The notes under the pieces were generated by a model, which was given only the letters and a program-made list of their open reading frames with translations, had not been told where the DNA came from and did not search any database. A stretch of DNA of 64,000 bases from Gammaproteobacteria bacterium (lineage in GTDB: Bacteria; Pseudomonadota; Gammaproteobacteria; Eutrophobiales; Eutrophobiaceae): NCBI GenBank assembly GCA_965222155.1, contig CBDCTH010000012.1, forward strand, positions 1,216,001 to 1,280,000, given 5' to 3'. Made by a program: the position numbers and the translations under genes. Below, in pieces: positions 9,096 to 19,301 of this stretch. Within the stretch, counting starts at the first letter, position 1. Every line of letters begins with the position of its first letter.

Positions 9096-10859
9096 TTAGT
9101 CCCGTTTGAAGACTTCGTCAAAGCGGACGATTTCATCCCGTCTCGGCAAGGGTTCACCCGTTTCCCGCGCATAGTCAAGATCCGCTGCTGAATCCTCGTC
9201 ATACCACCAGAAGGAATAAGCGCCGTCCTCGTCGGAATATTTAGGCAGCACGGTTTTCGGGATACCGAATTTGTTCCAGTACAACAGGCGCCGATAATTG
9301 AGGTTCCACAACAGGATGTACGGGATATCATTGGTCAGGATGGCGTCAATCTCCCTCACCAGAGCGTGCCGTTTGTTGATATCGAATTCCGTTCTCAGCG
9401 CATCAATCATGGCATCTACTTCAGAATTATTATAGCCGGTGATATTCTGCCCGCCGGCACGATCCGCCTCCCTGGAATGCCACAGGGATTCCGGGTCCTT
9501 ATACAGGGACGCTCCCCAGGCTGCCCAGGTCATGTCAAAGTTGAACTCGTCCATATCCTTCACCCAGGCTGCCCAGTCCTTCCTGATGATCTCCAGGCGT
9601 ATTCCGACATCATTCAAACTTTCCCGGTAGATGGCCAGAAATTTATCCGAGTTCTGGCTGCGGGTCAGGAACTGGATGGTAAACGGTTGCTCGTCCTTCT
9701 CCAGCAGGCCGGTGTTTTCATTCGCCTGCCAGCCCGCCTCTGTTAGCAGACTCCTCGCCAATTCTTTGTCAAAGCGTATTTTTGGCCCCTGACAAGGTGT
9801 TTGCGCGTTATATAAGTCCTCGAAATAACATTGATGCAGGAAGTAAGACTCATGCATGATCGTCTGGTTCATCCTGGTACGATCCAACAGGTAGGCGAGG
9901 GCGAGCCGTACCCGCCGGTCGGCAAACTTGGCCCGCCGCAGGTTCATGGCGAACCCCTGGAAACCGATGGGATTATAGTTATACACCTCCTGCTTGATAA
10001 TCCAGTTGTTATCGTATGCCTCGCCGCTGGTTTCCGTCGCCCAGCGCGAGGCCGTATACACCGGATAAAAATCCAGGTTGCCAGTCTTGAATTCGGCAAA
10101 CGCATTTTCCCGTTCAGTGAAGAAGCGGAACTTGAGCCGGTCAAAATTGGCAGTCCCGCGCACGCTTTCCCGGTCTCTTTGCCACCAGTCCGCCCGGCGT
10201 TTGAGGGTAAGGGCAATCCCTTCTCTCAACGATTCCGGCTTGTAAGGGCCGCCCACGACCGGAAATTCAAAATTGATTTTATTAAAATCCCGGTCCTTGA
10301 AGATATGCGCAGGGAGTATATGGAACGAGCCCAGGGACAGCAGGTTTTTCCAGTGAACTTCCCTGGCCTGGAAGCGTATTGTCTGCTCATCAAGCACTTC
10401 CGGAGGATGAAACCGCTCAAAGGCAATCTTGTGGGGTCCAGTCAGGTTTTTCGGGTCCATGATCGCATTAAATGTCCAGGCAACGTCACGGGCGCTGACG
10501 GGCGTGCCGTCGCTCCATTCAGCCTGTTCATCCAGCCTGAACTCAAAGGTGGCCCGGTCCGTGGAAACAGACCAGGCCGCGGCCAGGTTCGGCTCGAATT
10601 CCAGTGTTAATCCATTGTTGCTGAGCAGGGATTCAAACATCAGCCCGAACAGGCGGCTGGACGTTATGGTCGTATCGAGATAGTAATTTAAACTTTTAGG
10701 GAAAGGCCCCGACCAGAACGACAACTCGCCACCCGGATGGGCGGCAGGGCTGGCAAACGGCGACATTTCTTCCTGCCAGTCAGGGTGCGGAAATTGCTGG
10801 GCAACCGCCGCGGGGAGCAGGCAAACCCATAAGTTCAGCAACAGGAACAGTTTGTACAT
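9096..10859 (-). CDS. yejA: Peptide ABC substrate-binding protein (YejA-like, SBP family 5)
   Basis: Signal peptide from MYKLFLLL, WSDGTPVSARDV motif, operon context. Confidence 0.85.
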   Translation of the reverse strand: MYKLFLLLNLWVCLLPAAVAQQFPHPDWQEEMSPFASPAAHPGGELSFWSGPFPKSLNYYLDTTITSSRLFGLMFESLLSNNGLTLEFEPNLAAAWSVSTDRATFEFRLDEQAEWSDGTPVSARDVAWTFNAIMDPKNLTGPHKIAFERFHPPEVLDEQTIRFQAREVHWKNLLSLGSFHILPAHIFKDRDFNKINFEFPVVGGPYKPESLREGIALTLKRRADWWQRDRESVRGTANFDRLKFRFFTERENAFAEFKTGNLDFYPVYTASRWATETSGEAYDNNWIIKQEVYNYNPIGFQGFAMNLRRAKFADRRVRLALAYLLDRTRMNQTIMHESYFLHQCYFEDLYNAQTPCQGPKIRFDKELARSLLTEAGWQANENTGLLEKDEQPFTIQFLTRSQNSDKFLAIYRESLNDVGIRLEIIRKDWAAWVKDMDEFNFDMTWAAWGASLYKDPESLWHSREADRAGGQNITGYNNSEVDAMIDALRTEFDINKRHALVREIDAILTNDIPYILLWNLNYRRLLYWNKFGIPKTVLPKYSDEDGAYSFWWYDEDSAADLDYARETGEPLPRRDEIVRFDEVFKRD

Positions 10860-10966
10860 ATCACGAGATTCATTCAAATAATAGTCAGGTAATCGAGCTT
10901 TCGGCAAAGTGAAGTGTATTATAGTACCTTGATAAACGACCACCTATTGATGATTTTTCAGAAAAG

Positions 10967-12589
10967 ATGACAGGGAACATACTGCTGGAGGTAAAAGCTC
11001 TAAAAGTTTGGTTTGCCGCTGAAAACCGCCCGGTCAAGGCCGTTGACGGGGTGGATTTCCGGATTCAACAGGGGGAAACTTTCGCACTGCTGGGGGAGTC
11101 GGGCAGCGGCAAATCCGTGACTGCACTGAGTATCACCAGGTTGTTGCCGCGGACGGTCGAAATCAGCGGCGCCATAGTGTTCAACGGCATGGACCTCCTG
11201 GCCCTGCCAAAGAAGAGGATGCGCAGCTTCAGGGGCAGGCATATCGCCATGATATTCCAGGAACCGCAAACCTCGCTCAATCCGGCCCTGACGGTGGGAA
11301 AGCAGGTGGGAGAGACACTTGCGCAGCACAGGAATCTTTTCGGGAGAGTACAAAAGAAAAGAGTAATTGAATTACTGGAAGCGGTGGAAATTCCAGATCC
11401 GGCGCAACGCATGGATGAATATCCCTACCAGTTCTCCGGAGGCATGAAACAACGGGTCATGCTGGCGCTGGCGCTGGCAGGGGAGCCTGATTTACTCATT
11501 GCCGATGAACCCACTACCGCGCTGGACGTCACGACCCAGGCCCGGATACTTGCGCTACTGAAAAAAATACAACGTGATACCGGCATGGCCATGTTGTTTA
11601 TCACCCATGACCTGGCTGTGGCCTCCCAGGTGGCGGACCGGGTTGCCGTCATGAACAAGGGCAAGCTGGTTGAAACTGCCTCCAACCGACGATTTTTCAG
11701 CCGGCCACAACACCCGTATTCAAAAATATTGTTTGATTCCCTGCCGGATGCCTCGAAAAACCGGGTCCGGGAGGCCGGGGAGATGCCGTTGCAGGCTGAA
11801 CCCATGCTCAGGGTGTCTGAATTGAAAGTCCATTTCCCTGTGCAGACGGGTTTTTTCGGTCGCCCGGCAGGCTACCTGCGGGCCGTGGATGGCGTGTCCC
11901 TGGAGTTAGCACAGGGTCGAACCCTGGCCGTAGTAGGTGAATCAGGTTCCGGGAAAACGACCTTGGGTAAAGGTATCCTGCAACTGCTCAAACCTGCCGG
12001 GGGTGCAGTGTTTCTTACGGGTGACAACTTGTCCGACCTGTCAGCGTCACAATTGCGTCAACGCCGTACCGATATGCAGGTGGTATTCCAGGATCCTTTC
12101 TCGTCCATGAACCCGCAGATGATGGTCAAGGATATTATCGAAGAGGGTATGCTGTCTCTGGGAGCAGAAAAAAACAGCAGGGTCAGGCAGGCGCTTGTTG
12201 ATGAACTACTTGACCAGGTCGGCCTGGAACCGGATTTTAAATATCGTTATCCGCATGAGTTTTCCGGCGGACAGAGACAGCGCATCTGTATTGCCCGGGC
12301 GCTGGCCGTCAGGCCGAAACTGCTGATTTGTGATGAACCGACAAGCGCCCTGGATGTAACGGTACAGGCCCGGATACTGGGGTTGCTGGCAAGCTTGCAG
12401 GAGGAACTGGGGCTGGCATACCTGTTTATTACCCACAATATCAGCGTGGTCGCCAGTTTTGCCCATGACGTGGCGGTAATGTACCAGGGCAGGATAGTGG
12501 AGCAGGGCGCAACAGGATCGGTTTTAAGCGCTCCACGGCATGAATATACAAAAACCCTTTTATCAGCCGTACCAGTTATCCGCAGATGA
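10967..12589 (+). CDS. Dipeptide/oligopeptide ABC transporter double ATPase
   Basis: [32 protein letters not shown]; the stop codon lies in the downstream repeat arm. Confidence 0.92.
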   Translation: MTGNILLEVKALKVWFAAENRPVKAVDGVDFRIQQGETFALLGESGSGKSVTALSITRLLPRTVEISGAIVFNGMDLLALPKKRMRSFRGRHIAMIFQEPQTSLNPALTVGKQVGETLAQHRNLFGRVQKKRVIELLEAVEIPDPAQRMDEYPYQFSGGMKQRVMLALALAGEPDLLIADEPTTALDVTTQARILALLKKIQRDTGMAMLFITHDLAVASQVADRVAVMNKGKLVETASNRRFFSRPQHPYSKILFDSLPDASKNRVREAGEMPLQAEPMLRVSELKVHFPVQTGFFGRPAGYLRAVDGVSLELAQGRTLAVVGESGSGKTTLGKGILQLLKPAGGAVFLTGDNLSDLSASQLRQRRTDMQVVFQDPFSSMNPQMMVKDIIEEGMLSLGAEKNSRVRQALVDELLDQVGLEPDFKYRYPHEFSGGQRQRICIARALAVRPKLLICDEPTSALDVTVQARILGLLASLQEELGLAYLFITHNISVVASFAHDVAVMYQGRIVEQGATGSVLSAPRHEYTKTLLSAVPVIRR

Positions 12590-13001
12590 CGCAGATTAAC
12601 GCAGATTAAAGACAAGTCTTTTATACTGAAGCTGTTTTGCGCCGAAATTGATCAATAAACCCCGGTTTAACCCTGAGGCTTTCAGATAGTTAATCAGTTG
12701 AGATTCATCATGGCCGGATAATTTTTGCAGTGCTTTTGTCTCAACAATAACCGAATCATAACAGATAAAATCTGGTAGATAATACGTTTTCAGCTTCTGT
12801 TTTTTGTAATAGACAGGAAGTTTTTTCTCTTTTGAATAGGGAATGCCTTGTAGGTGAAATCCAGGCTAGGGCTTCCTGGTAAATTACTTCGAGAAAACCG
12901 TGACCAAGTTCGTTATGTACAGTCATTGCTGCTCCGATAATAGTATACGTATCTTCATCTCTTCTATTTTTATCTGCGTTCACCTGCGTCATCTGCGGAT
13001 A
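12577..13001. mobile_element. Full-length GxxExxY element bounded by ~30-bp inverted arms
   Basis: Left TATCCGCAGATGACGCAGATTAACGCAGAT (12577-12606); right arm reverse complement TATCCGCAGATGACGCAGGTGAACGCAGAT (12972-13001). Confidence 0.75.
12596..12992 (-). pseudogene. GxxExxY protein (PD-(D/E)XK nuclease family), frameshift near 12865
   Basis: TYTIIGAAMTVHNELGHGFLEVIYQEAL, then in a shifted frame GIPYSKEKKLPVYYK...PDFICYDSVIVETKA...QLINYLKASGLNRGLLINFGAKQLQYKRLVFNLR*. Confidence 0.9.
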
Positions 13002-13023
13002 CTTATCATTATTTTTCGGCGGC

Positions 13024-14127
13024 TCAGGTTTTAGTCATCAGGTGAATGCTATCAGCCAGCAGTGAGACGGTGATAGCGCCGCCTTGTTCGAGGTGGTTGC
13101 GCCGGGCGACGTGGGTTGGCACTGACAAGTAGAGCGCCTGGCCGTTATCAACCGCAATCGTGATTGAGCTTGTCTCTCCCAGGGGGATAAATTCATCGAT
13201 TCGTCCTTTTACGGGGTTCTCTCGTTCACCTTGGGACGGCCTGTCGCGCCGGTGCAGGATAATGCTTTCAGAAGGGATGACCCAGTCTACTTCAGATTGA
13301 GGGTCAAACTCCGGGCGATAGCGGGTCGTCAGGGTGTGGCCATTCCAGTTAATACGGGTTTTTCTACTATCGTGATCATGTCCCTCAATCTGGCCGCTGA
13401 ATATATTATCGTGGCCGACCAGGCCGGCGACGCCGGCATTATCGGGGTGGTTCATGACTTCCTCGGGAGTATTGATTTGCAGGGTTTTGCCGTGGTGGAT
13501 GACGCAAATCCTGTCGGCAATCCGGCGTGCTTCGTTCAGGTCGTGGGTGACGTGAATCACCGGCAAGTTGAAGCGTAGTCTCAAACCGACAAGTTCGCGT
13601 ACCAGTTTTCTGCGGGTCTGTTGATCTACGGAGGAAAAGGGCTCATCCAGCAATAAAACCCGAGGATCACGCGCCAATGCCCGGGCCACGGCAATACGCT
13701 GTTGTTGACCCCCTGATAACTGGTGGGGATAACGGTCTTCCAGACCGCTCATGTTCATGGCGTTCAGCAGGCTTCCAGCGATAAGCCGTTTCTGTTTATT
13801 CCCGATCCGGGTTAACGGTAGCATGATGTTCTGCAACGCCGTCATGTGCGGGAACAGGGCATAGTGCTGGAATACCATGCCGATACGTCGCTGTTGTACG
13901 GGTAGATTAATACCTGTCTCGGTATCCAGCCATTGTTCCCCATGGCAGGAGACCTGGCCGGTATCCGGGGTGTACAGACCGCTGATGGCTCTTAATATGG
14001 TCGTTTTACCGCTCCCGGAAGGCCCCAGGATCACCAGGATTTCACCTGAATCGCAGGTCAGGGACACATCCAGCGGAATCGGCTGAGCCTGTTTCAGTCG
14101 GACGCGAATGCGGTTAGCGTCGGTCAT
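13024..14127 (-). CDS. modC: Molybdate ABC transporter ATPase
   Basis: GPSGSGKT, LSGGQQQR, C-terminal TOBE-like region; follows modB. Confidence 0.85.
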   Translation of the reverse strand: MTDANRIRVRLKQAQPIPLDVSLTCDSGEILVILGPSGSGKTTILRAISGLYTPDTGQVSCHGEQWLDTETGINLPVQQRRIGMVFQHYALFPHMTALQNIMLPLTRIGNKQKRLIAGSLLNAMNMSGLEDRYPHQLSGGQQQRIAVARALARDPRVLLLDEPFSSVDQQTRRKLVRELVGLRLRFNLPVIHVTHDLNEARRIADRICVIHHGKTLQINTPEEVMNHPDNAGVAGLVGHDNIFSGQIEGHDHDSRKTRINWNGHTLTTRYRPEFDPQSEVDWVIPSESIILHRRDRPSQGERENPVKGRIDEFIPLGETSSITIAVDNGQALYLSVPTHVARRNHLEQGGAITVSLLADSIHLMTKT

Positions 14128-14785
14128 TTTTCCCCAGTCGGTCAGTCAGAAAGTAGATGAGGGTGATGGAGACAAGGGAAATCATGAGTAATACCGCGGA
14201 CATGGTTGCTGCGCCGGTATTGTCGAAGGCCTGGACGCGGTCATAAATGGCGATAGCGATAGTACGCGTCTCACCGGCAAGGTTTCCGCCCACCATCAAT
14301 ACCACTCCGAACTCCCCCAGGGTATGGGCCATGGTCAAAATGGCTGCGGAGACGATCCCGGGCCAGGCCAGGGGTATCTCAATTTTCCAGAAAGTCTGCC
14401 AGGAGGAAAGACCACTGCACCAGGCCGCCTCGCGAACGTTCAGAGGAATGGCTTCAAAGCTGCGCTGTACAGGCTGCACGGCGAAGGGGATATTAAATAT
14501 GATCGATGCCACCAGGATTCCCTCAAACGAGAAAACCAGGGAATTACCCGCTATTTCTTCATAAAATTTACCGAAGATCGAACGCTCACCCAGGCTTACC
14601 ATCAAATAAAACCCCAGGACTGTCGGCGGCAGGATCAGGGGCAGGGCGACCAATGCCTGAATAAGATTCCTCCCCCGGTTGTGCGACCAGGCCAGTTTGC
14701 GCGCGGATATAATTCCGATGGGCGCCAGTATGAGAGCGGTCAGCGCGGCAAGGAGTAATGAAACTTTAAGGGCCTGCCAGTCCAT
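14114..14785 (-). CDS. modB: Molybdate ABC permease
   Basis: ALPLILPPTVLGFYL, AHTLGEFGVVLMVGGN. Confidence 0.93.
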   Translation of the reverse strand: MDWQALKVSLLLAALTALILAPIGIISARKLAWSHNRGRNLIQALVALPLILPPTVLGFYLMVSLGERSIFGKFYEEIAGNSLVFSFEGILVASIIFNIPFAVQPVQRSFEAIPLNVREAAWCSGLSSWQTFWKIEIPLAWPGIVSAAILTMAHTLGEFGVVLMVGGNLAGETRTIAIAIYDRVQAFDNTGAATMSAVLLMISLVSITLIYFLTDRLGKNDRR

Positions 14786-14794
14786 ATTGAGTAG

Positions 14795-15550
14795 TCAGTC
14801 GGATAAAGAGTATCCGTATTTTTTAAAAATGGCTCCACTGGAACCGGTTGAAAGATAATTGTAAAACAGAGCACCGTCTTGATTGTCTTTATCGAGTAAT
14901 ACAGCGTATTGGATGATGGGTGTGTGCCAGCTTTCCGGGATGGGGAAGTTTATGCCTCTGCCGGAAAATTGCTTTAGCACTGGGAATGAACTGGGGATGA
15001 TACACAAGTCCACACTACCTGACACGCAAAATTGCATTGCCTGTGCGGCATTCTCTCCCAGCAGCAGTTTATTCCGGCTGACTACCCATACCCCGGCATT
15101 TTTTAATCCTTCCCTGGCCGCCGACCCGTAGGGTGCGTGTTCCGGGTTGGCAATTGCCATTCTTCGAAAATCGCCGTATTGCAGGACTTTTAATACATCA
15201 CTCATTGTCCCGGGCGTTGCTATTTTCGAGGTCTCAGGAACATACAGGCTGAGTCGGCCGCGTACCAGTGTCTTGACACTGTCTATCTCCCGGCCGTTAT
15301 CCCTGATAAAGTCCACGTACTCTTTGCCCGCGGAGATAAAAACCTGGTAGGGCGCGCCCTGTACGATTTGCCGGGCAAAATTACCGGACGAACCAAACGT
15401 CAGATTGACCCTGCTCCCTTCATCCGACTGAAAGGCCTGGCTTACCTCTGTGATAGGATGGGTCAGGTTGGAAGCGACAGCAATGTTCACTGCCTCCGCA
15501 TGCGCTTCCTGGATACAGAGTAACGACAACAGGTAGAATAATTTCCGCAT
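14795..15550 (-). CDS. modA: Molybdate-binding periplasmic protein
   Basis: AVASNL, FGSSGNFARQIVQGAP, IANPEHAPYG. Confidence 0.92.
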   Translation of the reverse strand: MRKLFYLLSLLCIQEAHAEAVNIAVASNLTHPITEVSQAFQSDEGSRVNLTFGSSGNFARQIVQGAPYQVFISAGKEYVDFIRDNGREIDSVKTLVRGRLSLYVPETSKIATPGTMSDVLKVLQYGDFRRMAIANPEHAPYGSAAREGLKNAGVWVVSRNKLLLGENAAQAMQFCVSGSVDLCIIPSSFPVLKQFSGRGINFPIPESWHTPIIQYAVLLDKDNQDGALFYNYLSTGSSGAIFKKYGYSLSD

Positions 15551-15568
15551 ACGATAAACTATATCAGG

Positions 15569-15666
15569 GTATAATCTCCAGGTAAAAAACAGGCCGAATA
15601 ATTAACCGTTCGTCATTGTATAATCTTCAGGTAGAAAACAGGCCGAACAATTAACCGTTCGTCATT
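15569..15666 (+). repeat. 49-bp tandem duplication upstream of modA
   Basis: GTATAATCT(C/T)CAGGTA(A/G)AAAACAGGCCGAA(T/C)AATTAACCGTTCGTCATT twice. Confidence 0.9.
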
Positions 15667-15820
15667 CCGGCGAATGCCGGAATCCAGTCACGAAACTATT
15701 CATTATAAGGAAGGTTGGCTTACTGGATTTCCATCCTTTGGTTCGTCAACGGCACATCCCCCTGCTTACAGCATGCAGGGGCAGGCTATGTGCCACTACT
15801 CGGCATTCGCCGGAATGACG
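15660..15820. repeat. Inverted pair of CGTC REPs with nested hairpin insertions in the right arm
   Basis: CGTCATTCCGGCGAATGCCGGAATCCAGT ... ACTGGATTTCC[insert]CGGCATTCGCCGGAATGACG. Confidence 0.8.
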
Positions 15821-15860
15821 GGTACGCTTCGAACACGCATACTAAAAGAGGGCTGATGTC

Positions 15861-16721
15861 ATGATTTTATTCACGGGATTGACCGGCGCGGTCGGGACGG
15901 AAATAGTAAAGCTGTTGCCGGAGTTTGGTGTTCAGGCCAGAGGGCTGGTCCGGGACCCGGCCAAGGCGGATCTGATAAAGGTAGCCGGTGTTGAGGTCAT
16001 CCCCGGTGACCTGGGTGATCCGGTCGCCATCAAAGAGGCGCTACAAGGGTGTGACAAGGCTTTCCTGCTCATGGCTAACTCCAGGGAGCAACTGGATCTG
16101 GAAAAAGGTTTCGTCGATGCAGCCTGGGCAGGCGGAGTCCGACGCCTGGTGAAAATGTCGGCCAACGGGGCTAATTCCAATTCAACGTCATTATTGAAGC
16201 GTTATCACGGCGATTCAGAGCAACACATCCGGGAATCAGGCCTGAGCTATACGCTGGTCCGGCCTAATTACTTCATGCAAAACATGTTTCACGTGGCTGC
16301 CAGTATTGTCGAACAGGACAAGTATTTCATGCCCATGCGGGCCGGGCAGGTGGGGATTATCGACGTGCGCGACGTGGCGCGATTTATACTGACCGTCCTG
16401 ACGATCCCCGGACACGAAAACAAGACCTATGAAATCACCGGCCCTGAGCTGGTATCGTTCCATGACATCGCCGGCCAACTGTCCGAGGTGATAGGCCGGG
16501 AGATCCGCTACGTTGACGTCCCCGCGGAAGATTTCAAGGAATCATTATCGCAATGGTTCCCTGATGACTGGTACGTGGAGACCGTCTCAGACATGTTCAA
16601 ACTGACAGCGCAAGGCCGCGGGGCATTGCTTAATGATATTTACAGCCAGGTGACGGGCAGGGCGCCGACGACTCTGAAGCAATTCTTCCAGGATTACGCC
16701 TCGTTTTTTGAGAAGGGTTAA
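15861..16721 (+). CDS. NmrA-like / atypical SDR NAD(P)H-binding oxidoreductase
   Basis: ILFTGLTGAVG Rossmann motif, LVRPNYFMQN, IDVRDVA, YEITGPE. Confidence 0.88.
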   Translation: MILFTGLTGAVGTEIVKLLPEFGVQARGLVRDPAKADLIKVAGVEVIPGDLGDPVAIKEALQGCDKAFLLMANSREQLDLEKGFVDAAWAGGVRRLVKMSANGANSNSTSLLKRYHGDSEQHIRESGLSYTLVRPNYFMQNMFHVAASIVEQDKYFMPMRAGQVGIIDVRDVARFILTVLTIPGHENKTYEITGPELVSFHDIAGQLSEVIGREIRYVDVPAEDFKESLSQWFPDDWYVETVSDMFKLTAQGRGALLNDIYSQVTGRAPTTLKQFFQDYASFFEKG

Positions 16722-16733
16722 TATTCGTGATAT

Positions 16734-16778
16734 TTGGGGTCAGTGTAAAAACTTTGTGAATGTTTACACTGACCCCAA
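16734..16778. repeat. REP-like hairpin / bidirectional terminator between convergent genes
   Basis: TTGGGGTCAGTGTAAA...TTTACACTGACCCCAA. Confidence 0.7.
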
Positions 16779-16870
16779 ACATGGTACAGCCTTACAATTA
16801 TCGGCATCAAGCACGAACATTGCACTCATAAACACTTGTCTTTCATCTGCGTAATCTGTGGACGAATTTC

Positions 16871-18223
16871 TCAGTCGGCCGGTTCGCGCATGGTGACGAA
16901 TTCTTCGGCTGCCGTTGGATGGATGCCGATGGTGGCATCGAATACGGCCTTGGTTGCGCCAGCCTTGAGGGCGATGCCTATGCCCTGGATGATTTCGCCG
17001 GCGTCTGCGCCGACCATGTGTACGCCCAGGACCTTGTCGGTGTCCTTGTCGACGATGATCTTCATCAGCGTCTTTTCGCCGTTGCCTGTCAAGGTGTGCT
17101 TCAGGTTGGTAAAACGGGATTTGTATATCTCTACGTTTGCATACTCCTGGCGGGCCTGTTCCTCGGTGAGGCCTACCGTGCCCAGGTTGGGTTGGCTGAA
17201 GATGCAGGTGGGGATGTCGCGGTAATCGACGCGCCTTGACTGGTTGTTGTAGAGGTTGTGGGCCAGGGCCGTTCCTTCCGCAGTGGCGACGGGCGTCAGG
17301 TTCATACGGTCGGTCACGTCGCCTATGGCGTAAATGGAAGGGATTGAGCTGCGGTATTCGGCATCGACCACTATTGCGCCCTTATCATTGAGCTTCACTC
17401 CGGCATTGTCCAGCCCCAGCCCGTTTGTGTTCGGTCGCCGTCCGGTGGCGTACATAATTAAGTCTGTTGACAGATCCGCAGTATCAGGGGAGTTGACCAG
17501 GTAACGATTGCCCTGTTTGTCTATGCTGTTAATCCGGGTATTGAACAGCAGTTTTATCCCTTTTTGGCGCATTTGTCCGGCAAGAAACTCCCGCATTTCC
17601 TTATCGAAGCCGCGCAGGAACAGGCCGCCGCGATACACCAGGGTGGTGTCCACACCAAGACCGTGAAATATACCGGCAAATTCGACTGCGATATAGCCGC
17701 CCCCCACGATCACCACACTGGCCGGCAGGGACTCGAGGAAAAAGGCTTCGTTGGATGAGATGATGTATTGCTTGCCGGGAATGTCCGGGATATGCGGCCA
17801 GCCACCCGTTGCCACCAGTATCCGCTGCGCGCTGATACTCTTCCCGTTGATCCGAACTGTATTCGGCCCGCCAAGCTCGGCCCTTCCGTTAAACAAGCGC
17901 ACCCCATTACCTTCCAGTAAATTCTTATAAATACCATTTAATCTACTGATTTCGTTATTTTTATTATTTAAAAGCTCATCCCATTTAAAAACAGGTTCGG
18001 CGACTTGCCAGCCGTAACCCGCCGCATCATGAAAATCTTCGGCAAAATGCGAGGCGTAAACAAACAGCTTTTTCGGGATACAGCCGACGTTGACGCAGGT
18101 GCCGCCCAGGTAGCGGTCCTCGGCGATGGCGACTCGTGCGCCGAACCCGCCGGCCATGCGCGCCGCGCGCACGCCGCCGGAACCGGCGCCGATGACAAAC
18201 AGGTCATAATCAAATTCGTTCAT
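16871..18223 (-). CDS. gor: Glutathione-disulfide reductase
   Basis: [31 protein letters not shown]. Confidence 0.96.
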   Translation of the reverse strand: MNEFDYDLFVIGAGSGGVRAARMAGGFGARVAIAEDRYLGGTCVNVGCIPKKLFVYASHFAEDFHDAAGYGWQVAEPVFKWDELLNNKNNEISRLNGIYKNLLEGNGVRLFNGRAELGGPNTVRINGKSISAQRILVATGGWPHIPDIPGKQYIISSNEAFFLESLPASVVIVGGGYIAVEFAGIFHGLGVDTTLVYRGGLFLRGFDKEMREFLAGQMRQKGIKLLFNTRINSIDKQGNRYLVNSPDTADLSTDLIMYATGRRPNTNGLGLDNAGVKLNDKGAIVVDAEYRSSIPSIYAIGDVTDRMNLTPVATAEGTALAHNLYNNQSRRVDYRDIPTCIFSQPNLGTVGLTEEQARQEYANVEIYKSRFTNLKHTLTGNGEKTLMKIIVDKDTDKVLGVHMVGADAGEIIQGIGIALKAGATKAVFDATIGIHPTAAEEFVTMREPAD

Positions 18224-18293
18224 ATTCACAGGTAACGCGCCCCTGATGAAAACAGACAAGGGCATAGGTTAACGCAGCTAAAACCACGGGAAA

Positions 18294-18377
18294 GCCACAG
18301 AGTACACAGAGTATACAAAGGAAAACTGAACTGTTAGCCCTTTCGGTTCACTCCGTGATCTCTGTGTCCTCTGTGGC
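18294..18377. repeat. CACAGAG micro-repeat inverted element
   Basis: GCCACAGAGTACACAGAG ... CTCTGTGTCCTCTGTGGC. Confidence 0.8.
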
Positions 18378-18392
18378 AATAAAAAATCCGTG

Positions 18393-19079
18393 TCAACTAC
18401 GGATTTTACGTCTTTTCAGGTAATCGACCGTCTTTTTCGCAAGTAATGGGAATATGCCGAGTAACGCAAACGACAGGATCAATCCGGGTGACAGAATATC
18501 CTTGAGGTGTTCAATTTTCGCAATCTGGGTGCCCGCATTCACGTAAACAATGGTGCCGGCCAGCATTCCGACCTGGCTGACGAGAAAAAAGGTTAACGCC
18601 CTGGTGGTGGTCAGACCCATTACCAGGTTGATAATGAAAAACGGGAATATCGGCACCAGTCGCAATGTGAACAAGTAGAATGCGCCTTCCTCTGCCATCC
18701 CCTTGTTGATGGCAATCAGTTTATCGGCAAAGCGTCCCTGAATGGATTCCCTGAACAGGTAACGGGAGAACAGGAACGCGAGAGTCGCACCGATGGTGGA
18801 AGCGAAGGAAGAAATGACCGTTCCCCACAGCAAGCCGAAAATAGCGCCGGCGGCCAGGGTGAGAATCGCCGCACCCGGCAGGGACAGGCCGGTAATGATG
18901 ACATATAGAAAAAAGAAGGAGACAACCGACGTAAACGATTCCCGTTCATAATAGGCATCCATGACCGCTTGCTTTTCCTTCAGATATCCCAGGTTGAAAT
19001 ACTGACCCATGTCAAAAATGAAAAACAATGCCACCAATATGACAACGATTGTCAGCAATATGATTTTGGTTCTGTTCAT
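18393..19079 (-). CDS. TVP38/TMEM64 (DedA/SNARE-associated) membrane protein
   Basis: LSLPGAAILTLAAGAIFG, YLFTLRLVPIFPFFIINL; start at MNRTKII. Confidence 0.9.
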   Translation of the reverse strand: MNRTKIILLTIVVILVALFFIFDMGQYFNLGYLKEKQAVMDAYYERESFTSVVSFFFLYVIITGLSLPGAAILTLAAGAIFGLLWGTVISSFASTIGATLAFLFSRYLFRESIQGRFADKLIAINKGMAEEGAFYLFTLRLVPIFPFFIINLVMGLTTTRALTFFLVSQVGMLAGTIVYVNAGTQIAKIEHLKDILSPGLILSFALLGIFPLLAKKTVDYLKRRKIRS

Positions 19080-19080
19080 C

Positions 19081-19301
19081 TTCTGGTGGCCTGGGAAGAT
19101 AACGGAATGGCGGAACTGGAATTTATCGCTGTCGCAGACACGGGCAACATTGAGGACCGGATGGCACTGCTGGGCAGGCAGGCTTCCGAAGACGTGGTCG
19201 AACATGAGATTTCACTCCGGTTACTCCGTCACTTCGCTTCATCGGTGCGCCACCAGCAGTACAGTGATGCGGATACCGTTACTGTCCGGGTCAACGTTTA
19301 G
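19081..19301 (+). pseudogene. Orphan C-terminal gene fragment (possibly from a large permease)
   Basis: Protein-like AELEFIAVADTGNIEDRMALL...EISLRLLRHFASSVRHQQY...VRVNV* with no room for an N-terminal part. Confidence 0.4.

Noticed and set aside
15550-15580. ModE-binding box upstream of modA
   Set aside because: Only a weak TATAT/TATAAT resemblance; not supportable by eye.
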